DNA of 64,000 nt. Source: Dipteris shenzhenensis (Eukaryota). The notes below the pieces were generated by a model, which was not told where the DNA came from, ran no database searches, and saw only the letters and a program-made list of their open reading frames with translations. Location of the stretch: assembly GCA_047967505.1 (NCBI GenBank), contig CM106538.1. The stretch is one strand, 5' to 3'. A program made the position numbers and the translations under genes. Shown here piece by piece: positions 22,261-33,433 of the stretch (position 1 is the stretch's first letter; every line of letters begins with the position of its first letter).

Positions 22261-22996
22261 CTACACACATTGGTCCGACATTCAATAATATACACAAGCA
22301 TTTCGCCTAGTCATTAGGCCCAATGAATCATATTCATCTTGTTTCCTTTTGGTGAGTAGGGGTCAATACATGCCACAAGTATGCGGGCGGCGAGGTTCCT
22401 CCTGCCTACGTGTCACGAATTTCGGCGAAGTGCCAGGCTGAAGCCCACCTGTCGAGGCCGCGTGAATGGTGGACTCAATGAGTTTTTGGCATGTGGCAGG
22501 TCGCCCCTGTAGAAGAGGCTTATGCATTTCGGCAAGACTCTGTGTAAAGGCCCTAACATTTCGATTTCATGAGAGTCGAAAGAGCTTGCAAAGGTGTGCG
22601 CAGCGATCATGTGCAGGTAGACAGAATGGCTTCTGCCCGATTCAAGAGACCAATGCTTGCAGATTGGAGGCTCGGAAGTCAACTATGATAGTCGAAATTT
22701 TGTCGAGATCTTGTGGCGACAAGAACTGCTTTATGCACGCTCTGCAATTGAATCTCGCCTCAGACTGACGAGGTAAGTCAGATGAGACGCTTCTTGGATT
22801 GAAGATCAGTCTTGCATATTCGCTTTGGAACTGCGTGAGATATCCGGATATGAGTCCAAGTTTGCTATAGCACTTTGAAGCTTTTGTTTAGAATTGCCCG
22901 GGTGGATTGGAAAAGAAACTGATATCCAAATAAGTTCAGTCATACACCTTTTAAATGTTTCACAAAATGATGTAGGCAATTCAAGCTGCAAAACAT

Positions 22997-25567
22997 ATGA
23001 TTAAGCTGGCATTAAATGCGTCTTCCACAAAGAGGTTCTGTCTTCTTTTGCAAAAGTGCATTAACAAGAAAGACTTGACCGTAGGACGGAAAGTGTATTC
23101 CGTCATTGCAAAAAATGGATTAGAGCTGGATGCATTTCTGGGTAGCTACCTGATACGCATGTTTGCTTCATGTGGTAGTTTTTCAGAAGCCAACCTACTG
23201 TTTCACAAATTGCCTGAACAAAATGTATTTACATGGAGTGCAATCATTTTAGCACATGTTAATCATGGACAAGGTGACTGGGCCATTAAATTGTATAGCA
23301 AGATGCTACGATCGGGGGTGAAGCCAGATGGACATGTTTTTGTTGCTGTTCTGAAAGCATGTTCCAGTGTAGAATCTCTGTCCTATGGCAAGCTGATTCA
23401 CTCTCATATAATCGAAAGTGGCTTTGAGTTGGATACATATGTGGTCAACACTTTGGTTGATATGTACGGAAAATGTGGTAGCGTTGATGATGCACTTCAA
23501 GTATTTAATGACTTGCCAAAACCAGATGTGGTGGCATGGAATTCAATGCTCGCAGCATATATCCAGCTTGGGAATGGCCAGGCAGCTCTGCAGCTTTTTC
23601 AGCATATGGAAGACAAGGGCAATAAACCAGACAATTACACATTTGTCAACGCCTTGAAAGCATGTTCCAGCTTAGCAGCCTTGTATCAGGGCAACTTGAT
23701 TCATGCCAACATTATTGAAAGTAATTTGAACGTAGATGCTTTTGTTTGGAGCAGTGTAATTGACATGTACTCCAAATGTGGGAGTGTTGAGGATGCACGC
23801 AAAGTATTTGATAAATGTCCAAAGCGTGATGACGTGATGTGGAATGCAATGATCACAGGATATGTGGTGTGTGGCATGTCAGAAAAGGCTTTCCTATTCT
23901 TCCAGCAAATGCAACTAGAGGGAAAAGTTCCAGACAATGTCACATTTGTGAACGTTTTAAAAGCATGTTCCAACATGGCAGTATTGGGTCAGGGCAGGTT
24001 TTCTCATACCCAAGTCATTGAAAGGGGCTTTGATGTAGATGTGGTTGTTGGTAACACACTTGTTGACATGTATGCCAAATCTGGCAGTCTGAAGGATGCA
24101 CGCAGAGTGTTTAATAGTTTGCCTAAAGATGATATGGTGACTTGGAGTGCAATGATTGCAGGATACTCCCAACATGGGCATGCTAAGGAAGCTCTCAGAC
24201 TTTTCCAGCAAATGCAGCACGAGGGCAGGAAGCCGAACGTTGCTACTTGGAATGCAATGATCGCTGGATGTGCTCAGAACAAGCTTGGCCTTGTTGCTCT
24301 TGAACTTTTCAAGCAATCACAACAAGAAGGCATGAAGCCAGATAATGCCACATTTGTCGGTGCGCTGAAAGCATGTTCTAGTCTGGCAGCTTTAAGTGAA
24401 GGCAAACTAATTCATGCTTTAATAGCTCAAAATGGTGATGAGCTAGATACATTTGTTGGTAACACCCTTGTAGACATGTATTCCAAGAGTGGGAATATTG
24501 AAGATGCATCTGAAGTTTTTCAAAAGTTGCCAAAGCCAGATTTAGTGACGTGGAATGCAATGATTGCAGGACAGGTCCAGCATGGCAGTGCTCAAGTGGC
24601 TCTCCAACTTTTTCAGCAAATGCAACAGGAGGGTTGGAAGCCTGACCAGGCCACATTTCTAAGCATAATGAAAGCGTGCTCCTTAACAGTAGCCCCAACT
24701 CAGGGCAAGTTAATTCATAATATTATAGTTAGATATGATTGTGAGTCAGACATGTTCATTGGCAACTCACTCATTGATATGTATGTGAAATGTGGCAGTC
24801 TTCAAGATGCTCTCAGTGTATTTGACAAACTGCCAAAGGATAGTGTGGAGACATGGAATGCAATTATTGCAGGATATGCACTTTCTAATGACTATGAGCT
24901 GGCTCTGCAGGCTTTTGCAGATATGGAACTGGAAGGCTTAAAACCAAATGAGGTTTCATTTCTGTGTCTTCTTTCTGCATGCAGTCACATGGGTTTTGTG
25001 GTTGAAGGCTGCAACCATTTCAATACCATGAAAGAAGAATATGGAATCACACCAATGCTCGAGCATTACAATTGCGTAGTAGACCTGCTGGGTCGTGCAG
25101 GATGCTTGAAGGAAGCAGAACATCTTCTTCAAACCATGCCATTTCAACCTGACATTGTCAGTTGGATTTCTTTGCTTAATCATTGCAGATTGTATGGCAG
25201 AATGGAGCTTGGAAGACGATGTTTTGACCGCATCAATTCTATGGATTGTACAACTGCATCTGCGCATGTACTTATGTCCTGCATTTATGGTGATGCTGGC
25301 ATGTCCAATGATGCAGACAAAGTTCGAGAGGTGATAGGATTTGCAACTGTGTCGAAAAAGCCAGGAAAGGCTTGTATAGAGGTCAATAATAAGGTACACG
25401 ATTTTGTTGTGGGAGATAGAAGCCACCCACAAATTCATGGTGTCCATGCAAAGCTGAACAGTTTGAGCTGGTACTTGAAGAGTAAAGGACATGTGCCACA
25501 GGATGGCCTAGTACTGCAGCCATTTTCTAGTGAGGACAAGGGGGACGGGCTTATGTTGATACATTGA
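22997..25567 (+). CDS. PLS-class pentatricopeptide repeat protein (organellar RNA-editing factor type) with E domains and a truncated DYW:KP-like domain
   Basis: Intronless 856-aa ORF with repeated P-L-S triplets (WNAMI, TFVxxLKAC, LVDMYxKCG), HYNCVVDLLGRAG, KKPGKACIEV..HDFVVGDRSHP..GHVP; decayed deaminase sequence follows the stop. Confidence 0.95.
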   Translation: MIKLALNASSTKRFCLLLQKCINKKDLTVGRKVYSVIAKNGLELDAFLGSYLIRMFASCGSFSEANLLFHKLPEQNVFTWSAIILAHVNHGQGDWAIKLYSKMLRSGVKPDGHVFVAVLKACSSVESLSYGKLIHSHIIESGFELDTYVVNTLVDMYGKCGSVDDALQVFNDLPKPDVVAWNSMLAAYIQLGNGQAALQLFQHMEDKGNKPDNYTFVNALKACSSLAALYQGNLIHANIIESNLNVDAFVWSSVIDMYSKCGSVEDARKVFDKCPKRDDVMWNAMITGYVVCGMSEKAFLFFQQMQLEGKVPDNVTFVNVLKACSNMAVLGQGRFSHTQVIERGFDVDVVVGNTLVDMYAKSGSLKDARRVFNSLPKDDMVTWSAMIAGYSQHGHAKEALRLFQQMQHEGRKPNVATWNAMIAGCAQNKLGLVALELFKQSQQEGMKPDNATFVGALKACSSLAALSEGKLIHALIAQNGDELDTFVGNTLVDMYSKSGNIEDASEVFQKLPKPDLVTWNAMIAGQVQHGSAQVALQLFQQMQQEGWKPDQATFLSIMKACSLTVAPTQGKLIHNIIVRYDCESDMFIGNSLIDMYVKCGSLQDALSVFDKLPKDSVETWNAIIAGYALSNDYELALQAFADMELEGLKPNEVSFLCLLSACSHMGFVVEGCNHFNTMKEEYGITPMLEHYNCVVDLLGRAGCLKEAEHLLQTMPFQPDIVSWISLLNHCRLYGRMELGRRCFDRINSMDCTTASAHVLMSCIYGDAGMSNDADKVREVIGFATVSKKPGKACIEVNNKVHDFVVGDRSHPQIHGVHAKLNSLSWYLKSKGHVPQDGLVLQPFSSEDKGDGLMLIH

Positions 25568-26805
25568 GAAATTGACCAACTAAAGCTTTTGGTCTTATTA
25601 ATACCCCACAAGGCAACTATTTGAGTATCCAGGAATATACACCGAAAGATACGACAATCTGAGGGTCAAAGAATCTTCCAGTATGGGAAATCAATGTCCA
25701 ATGTCTGAAGCTGAGTGAGATAGTGTCAGCAGAGCAGGAGCAAGGCCACCAAGAGAGAATATTGGACCCACTGCCCAATGCTCCTTTCTTATGCAGTTAC
25801 TTTACTTCTGCTTTGGTGGCCAAGGATCTTGAAGAGGCAGATTTAAAGCTGCACTGCCAGGATTGGGAGGAGGGTGCCACTCATTGCAGGTGGAGACAAG
25901 GATTCTGTTGCTATGGGACTGAAGCCTCAGAAACATTGCGGAGATCGCTGTATCTCCTGGGCCTGGTCCCCACATTTGAAGGTCCAATGTGGGTCAAAAA
26001 GGTTGCGTTTGTAATAGTTTCTATGCAGCAATTGTGCAGTCCAGTGCTGTAGCAGAGGAGATGATGTCTGAAGGCAGCCTCTGTGTTTGGGTGAGAATGT
26101 TCTATGCTGGTCCATATATTCCTGTGTCCGCTTGTGGTGGAGTTACAGAAAGGATATGCTTTCTGTGCAATCCTATATTCGTGGAAAAGGATTTGTTGAA
26201 CATGACAGGTAGCCTTGGGAAGGTATCCATGCTCCCTACTTAAGCTTACATCCTGTGGGAGGTCTGCGGTTCTTCTAGCATTTCCTTGAAGTTTTGCCAT
26301 GGAAGGTGAATCCATTTATGTGAACTGTTCAACATTCCAGAAGATATAAATGCACGCAGTTTTCCATGAAAAGATATAGCTTTTGCAAAAAGTGACGAAA
26401 ATTATTCATGCGCGCGGATTTTGTTCTTGAGTTCACGGGATGATAGTTTCCAGCCTAATCTCCACCTCCATCTTTTGCTGCTCCAGTTGGTGCCCACGAA
26501 GCTAAGCTGTACCTGCCCACGCAGCTTCTCCTGCTACCCACATAGCTATCCTCTTTGCCCGCCATCTAACTGTCCACGCTGCTTCTAGCTGCCCACGGAG
26601 CTGCTCCTACTGCTCATGCTTCTCTTGTTGCCCGCAAAGCTCTATCCTCTCGCCATTCGAGCTATACAAAAGTCACACGTGCCTGACTTATTTCTAAAGA
26701 TGAAGCTCTACATCGTCCTTCAACATTCTTGTCCATAAAATTAAATAGTTTGAAAGTAAGAGCACTTACCCCCAAGAATAATAGGGATCTTGCGCAATAG
26801 ATTGT

Positions 26806-29800
26806 TTGGAGTGTGAGAGCACAAAAGTCGAGCGTAGTTATCTAGGAGAGTGGTTGGGGAGCGAGAGAGTGGGAGGCTTGGTTGGTTCTTTGCAAGTGGA
26901 GCTCATGCGTGCCTCATCTGTCCTCACTCTGGGGAATGGAGTAAGGACCAAGCACCTTTGTATTGATGATAGTCTTGAGGTTGTCTTGAGTGGTGGTACT
27001 ATGTTTGAGGCATTGGATCGAGAAGAGAGGTTGATTGTTGGTCCGAAGGTGGATCAGTCCCTTCATGCATGTGGTAAGGAAGCCCCGGTGGGCTTTGAGA
27101 GAGAAGTCACTACGGTGGATGAGCCGCCTCCTTTTGTTGATGTGGTGGCGAAAAGGTTGGGGAGCGGTTTCTCACTGATCCCGGACGACGAAGCTTGTTT
27201 GTTTTTTCATGTAGATATTGCTAGGAGAAATCGAGATTTGGAGACGAAAGATTGGAGGGAGGCTGGTGTCAAGCATCTGATTAGCTATGAAATCCCTATG
27301 GCCAAGGCTAGGCTTGAAGAGCAACTCATGCATGGGGGGTTTTACCTATTCTTTATTGGGTGAGCTCCATCTTTTAGGGAGTTTTGGAGTTTGAATGTGA
27401 TTTTGGGGGAATGATTTTGAAACGAGATTGCTTGGGAAGGGTTTTGTTTGGTGCGTTGCATGTCCGAATGGTAGTGAGAAGAACTTGTTGGGCATTCCTT
27501 CATGTCCATGGGTGCTGTAGTCCTGGTTAGTCTGTTCTCCCTTTCGTTTAGAATCGAAAAATCCCTCTATCACGAATGTCTTATTTGGGTTGAGTTTCCT
27601 AACCTCCCTCTCTAGCTCAGTGATGTGTTGGAATACCTGGCTAGAGTGTTCGCTCCTGGTTCTGTCTTCTGCATGCTCTGCTGTCGAGGCAAATAGAGTC
27701 TGCATACTATGGCTCGGGAGGTGCCAGATCAGGTGGAGTTTTGATTGGGGGAAGGGTCGGTGTACATACAACAGGTTAAGTTCAAGGTTTTTCCAAACCG
27801 TATTTTTATTTCTAACATGCTAAGAACTGCCTTGATTGGTCGTGAGAGGAGCCGTGATGCAAAGGTTGCCTTGCATGCTACTAAGGAGGTGGCCCAAGAG
27901 GGTGGTTAGGAGCATATGTTTGTACCAGATGGTTCCAAGGGAATGGGCACTGCTGAAAAGGCAAAGGAGGTGTTTCCCGAGGGAGGTACACAGTCTATGG
28001 TTGTGCTTGATGGTTCAAAGAAGATGCTCGGGAACAAGCTGGAGATGGGGAGTGGTTCGTTGAAAGGGTCTATCCCTAGAAGGGATTCACCCCCTAGGGA
28101 GGTGGTCTCTAAGTCGTCGGTGTAGCAGCCCGAGGTCCAGCATGTGTCTGGCAAAGGGGAATGGAAGATGGGACAGGTGCCTACGGATGGAGATCGGTCG
28201 TTGGCTAAAGTTTCGGTTGGGATCTCTCAAGTTCGTGAGTTTGTTCTTGCTTTGCTTCTGCGTGATGGGGAGGATGTTGAGGCTTATCATTGTAAGCATA
28301 TGCATGAAGAGTCATATCAGAAACCTTTGGGTGAGAGTGGTGTCGTTTAGAATGGGTCACATGTTGCGAAGAGCACGCCTAAGAGGATGGATGATGCTGC
28401 GAGAAATATTGGAGGTGGGAAAGATTTTTTTTTCCACTTTTTCCGCAATGCTTACAAGGCCCTATCACAGCAAGGGGGAAATGGGTTTGTGGCCGTATTC
28501 TAGTCAGCAGGCTAATTTCAGTGTTGTCATCGAACATGCGTGGCTGGTGTGGCTGCTGTGGTAAGGAGAAACATGATAGTTGTCTTCTTTGGGGTTTCGT
28601 GCTTTTGTGAACTATCCGAAGAGAGGAAGGGCAGTAGTGCAATTGTGGTGCCTTCGCAGTGCCGTGCGAAGGAACTTTCCTAGGATACTTAGGGACATTT
28701 TAGGCCATTTCTTGGTTATCACTATAGGGGTCTCTTCCATTAGTTTCAATGCTGTTTTTGTTTATGCCCCGAGTGGTGGTGGAGATAGGGCTCTCTATTG
28801 CAAGGGATTAAGGGAGAGTTTGGCGTATGGGCACTGGTTGCTTGGTGGAGATTGGAATATGACCGAGTGAGGGGCGGACCTATGACATTTAAGGAGGGAG
28901 GTCTCTAGTTGGGAGCAAGAGGAGTGGGATGACCTTGTGTTGATCTGGGAGTTGCTAGATTGCACAGAAATTGATGCAAAAGGGTTGCAGGTTTTACGTG
29001 GAGCAACAGACATAGTGGATTCGAGTTTTGTGCTGGTCTGATTGATCGAATCTATGCCTCGGGAGAGGGGTGGTGGATGAGGTCCTGCGTATTTGTTGAA
29101 TACCAGTCTAGCAGATCACATGCCTGTGAAGTGGTGGTTTTCAACTGCATGTATGGTGACCACACCGTGGGACATAGGTTTCAAATTCAACAAGAAATTC
29201 TTGCAGAATGAATGTTTTTGCTCTATTATAGTTAGCACGTTGTATGAGTGTTGCTGCTGAGGATTTAATCTCTGTCAGTCCTGGGATCTGTCCATTATGA
29301 AATTGGCAGTTCAATGGGATAGGAAGTACAATGATCTTGTGGCAATGGCAAATGAAACAGTGAGGAGAGGTAGCTTGTCTTAATATGGGTAGTCAAGCGT
29401 TTTCCCAAGCATCAAAGCAGGTTAGTGGTTAGTGGCTGGTGACCGATCATGACGCTCAGCATTTCATATAAGATTATTGCAAAATCCTTGGCTTTAAGAA
29501 TCAAAGAGCTGTGTGTCCTGGTTGTTGATAGAGAACAAAACGGGTTTGTGATGGGACATGATATCTTTGAAAAAATCATTATCGTTGATGGGATTTTTTT
29601 GTGAAGCCAATAATTTTTTGTAAGGATGAAAATGCCATGTATGCCATGTATAGAAGCACCAGTGTATGGGTAGTAGCATCGATAGGCACACATGTAAGCT
29701 AGTATAGATAGGACACAATATAAAAAGCTAGGAAATAGGAACAATGACCTCTTTGATTTTTGGTGACTTTTGTTTTGTCTGGACCATGTCTACATAAATA

Positions 29801-30160
29801 AAATGTTTTCTTGTATGAGAGCCTTGGCAGGAAATGTTCCAGTTCTTGTCGGGGTGTTCTTCTTTCTCCGAGCTAGTGTGAATGTGATATGAACTGGTTG
29901 CTATAAAGGCATTTGTGTATTTGCTCTACTGACCTATCAACTCTCTCTCTTCTTTAGATTTTTCTTGCTCCTTTGGGCAGAAGTGTCCTCTTCGATTTTG
30001 ATTTTGACAAGGCGTATTACTGCAATAGATGGGACTTTATTGCCAGGGTTTGTTGATGGATATGGTAGAATGGTGACCACCCTTTTGGCAACACTTCTGC
30101 TATGCTATGCATTAATGGTGGTGTTGTAGGCAGGTTTGGTCTCTGTAGGTGTATTTATCA
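26806..30160 (+). mobile_element. Degenerate L1-like LINE (ORF1-like, APE endonuclease, RT remnants)
   Basis: VFVYAPS, WLLGGDWN and DHMPV endonuclease motifs (28760-29130); DFDKAY RT remnant (~30000). Confidence 0.65.
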
Positions 30161-30169
30161 GGGCAGCAC

Positions 30170-31130
30170 ATGCTTGATGAGCAGCAAACGTGAATTCCAC
30201 CCTAGACTTGATCAATGCTAGCAAACAAACTTCTTCTTGATGCAATCTTTAAACCACAGAAACCTCTATCCAAGAGTAAGGCCCAACCCCAAAGGGGCTC
30301 CCAGATAACAAATGACCTACCCCTAAGGGATCCAATTGATCATGAATTTGGCAGCGCAATTTGGTAAAGCATCCAGGCTTACCCGAATAGCAAAGGTTTT
30401 AGTCAAGCAGACCAAAACTGAGGCCTGACAAAACAGTTGAAGGAGGTGGAAAAGATTCCTTATATTATTAGAAGATTCAAGGGCAAAGTCCACTCAATCA
30501 TCCGCAAACAATTGTAAACAAAACTGCAACCTTGACGATAAAGTCACCCCTTTGATTGCACCAAAACACAGGACCTGCTTGACCAACCCAATCAAAGACA
30601 TAGTACAAATGGCAAATAGGAGGGGAGCCAATGGGCACCCCTGCCTCACTTATCTGCTCAGGGTGTATCACCCCATTACTCCTCCATTTAAACAAAGGAC
30701 AACAAATGCTTTTCCAAACAAAGATCAAACCAGCTTAATCAGCGAGGTACCAAACCCACAAACTCTAAGACCCCATAGATCAACTCCCATGCCACCCGAT
30801 CATATGACTTTTAGAGTCGAGAACCCAAACAGCACACACCTTTGAGGGAAGGAACAAGCATAGTCTAGAATTGAAGTAACATTCAGTGTGTTCTCCATAA
30901 TGTTCTAGCCTTTAATAAATCCATTCTTCTCCCTATCTACTAAATAAACACATACACCCTAGATCCTTAGGGCAATGGCCTTTGCCATAATTTTTTCTGA
31001 GACATTTAACACTGTGGTTGGTCTCCAATCACCCACCTTTAGTCTATTTTGCCTCTTAGGAAAAAGCTTAACCCACCCGATATTTACAACTTCAGAATGA
31101 GAGCATTACTCACCATGTTCACCAAATCAA
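30170..31130 (-). mobile_element. Degenerate L1-like RT fragment in the opposite orientation
   Basis: Minus strand VRQGCPLAPLLFAI at ~30650-30610. Confidence 0.75.
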
Positions 31131-31283
31131 ACTTCAACATATCCCAAAAGTGGATATAAAATAATATAGTGTGTAGAAAAGGGGATAGGGACATATTTGG
31201 AGAAAGGGGATAGAGGAGCAAAACGGAGAGAGAGACAGGGAAAAAGGGGGAAGAGGAGGGGTAGGAGTGAGAGAATGAGGTAG

Positions 31284-31297
31284 GAGAGAGAGAAAGA

Positions 31298-31341
<44 letters not shown>
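31284..31341. repeat. (GA)n/(GATA)n microsatellite
   Basis: Read directly from the sequence. Confidence 0.95.
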
Positions 31342-31343
<2 letters not shown>

Positions 31344-31599
31344 GTAAGAGAGTAGGGAGCAGGTAGCAGGAAGGAGGCGGAAACGTAGATAGGATTAGAT
31401 GTCACATCAAAAAGTACATAGTAGGGGGTGGATGGGGACTTATATAGTCCGTCCACATTTTCCACCTAAAGGGCCTCAAAAGGGCCTCCAACTTGGCCCT
31501 TTTCCCCCTTCATTTACAACCATCCATTCCCATAGAATTTTGCCCTAAAAATTTCACAGCATGGCTGTCCAAAAAGTGTAGCAAACAGCAAGTACTAAT

Positions 31600-32500
31600 C
31601 AATCCGGTAGGAGATGGGGGTGGTCTTGGACAATGCTTTCTGGCTACCATGAATTTTCATCCTCAGGGAGTCCTCGCCAATTGATAAGATACTCTACGTA
31701 GGCCTTGTTTCGGAGTACATGGTCTTTGAAACCCACGATGTGCTCCGGAAAATAGAGGATGTGGCCCTCTTCATCCATAGGTGGCAACTAAGGAAGAACA
31801 TGGACAGGCTGTCCAACATGTGGTTTTAGCAAAGACACATGGAAAACATCATGAATCTTGGAGGTACTGGGTAGCTCCAACTGATATGCAACCTCTCCAA
31901 CCTTGCGGATGATCCTGTAAGGACCATAATACATATGAGCAAGCTTTGTGTTGGTATTACCTTCCAGCGAGGCATAACAGTTCTTATGGAGATGCAAATG
32001 CACATAATCTCCCTCTTTGAAAGAAAAATATATCCGGCGTTCATCCGCATATTTCTTCTGCTTGGCTTGGGCACCCTGCACATTCTTTTTTGCCAACTTC
32101 AGAAGGGCATCCATCCTCTCCAAGTCATTCCGTGCTTGCTAATTTTTCACAGCCATGTCAACAATTGAAGAAGGCATCCCAACCTTGCATCTGTACATTG
32201 CCTCAATTGGGCTCATGCCAATGGAGATATGCTTGGTAATTCAGCAAGTGCAAACCATTTATCCCAAGACTTCTGAGTATCATGACAAAAGTGCCCCAAA
32301 TATTCCTCCACCCATTTGTTCACCCTTTTCGACTGTCCATTAGTCTCAGGATGGTAAGCAGTGCTAGGTGTGAGTAAAGTACCCACTGCTATAAATATCT
32401 CCTGCCAAAAGTGACCCATAAATTTTGCATGTCTATCACTGACAATTTCTTGAGGGAAACCATGATGCTTAAAGACATTCTCAATTAATTTGTTGATGCT
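31600..32500 (-). mobile_element. Degenerate Ty3/gypsy integrase-chromodomain fragment
   Basis: STAYHPETNGQSKRVN, YGPYRIIRKVGEVAYQLELP..IHDVFHVSLLK, EYLINWRGLPEDENSW. Confidence 0.88.
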
Positions 32501-33433
32501 TTAAGCCATACGTCATTGATGTAGAGGATTTTCAAACCTTAGTGAAGATGAAATGCCACATGTCATAAGAAAAAAAAACCATAGCCAAAAAGGAGAGATT
32601 GTAGGTAATAGGGAAGACATCACGTGGCAGATAGGAACCCAAGTAATGGTTGGCTACTACACACCCAAATAGTCTCATGATGTTTTACAATAAAAGGCAG
32701 TACAAACTTTGTCTGATTGGTTTGTCATTTACTCGCGAGTGAATTTTCAAGACGGATCGCACTGGGAATACTTGGTTGAGCATACCAGACTCTATCATTA
32801 CACATATCTTCGATTTTAAAATGGGGCTAACATAGCAGGAGAAATGACTAGTTGGACAATGCAAACCACTCTATCCTTTAATGCATGTAGTGCATATGCT
32901 TCTCTTTCACAGTATGAAACATTAGTGATGGGCATGGTGGTCCAAAATTAATAGTCCTTCATACTGTCTAGGGACATGGTGGTATAAACTCATCTTACCA
33001 CATATACTTGTACCAAAGGAGAATGCTAGTAGTCCATAGTAAATTTTTATGCTAATCACATAATCTTAAAGGTCATCTTAACCTCCCAAATTCTAATAGT
33101 GGGAAGGCCAACATTCCATGGTAACAGAAATCTACCCAATGCATAATTCTCATGGTCCCATGGCTCCCTATATTCTCATCATAAATCCATAAATGATGGT
33201 TTGTCAAGTCATTAGTCTAGGTCTAAGCCCATGTCAAGTATCACATTTCTTCAACACCCCACAATTATGTTTACATTGTTTATTAAAGTGTTGACAAATC
33301 CAAAGTTACATGTCTCCTCATCTCATTTATTTTTCCAAATTCTTAATACTTCCCACGATCCTTTCATAAAAGAGGAAACATGATTAATACAGGGGTCTTA
33401 CAAGTAATTTATCAAGCATTCATACACATAAGC

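Noticed and set aside
23306-25492. Antisense and alternative-frame ORFs within the PPR gene
   Set aside because: Shadows of the long PPR reading frame.
25723-26315. Overlapping short ORFs downstream of the PPR gene
   Set aside because: No recognisable domain or consistent splice model.
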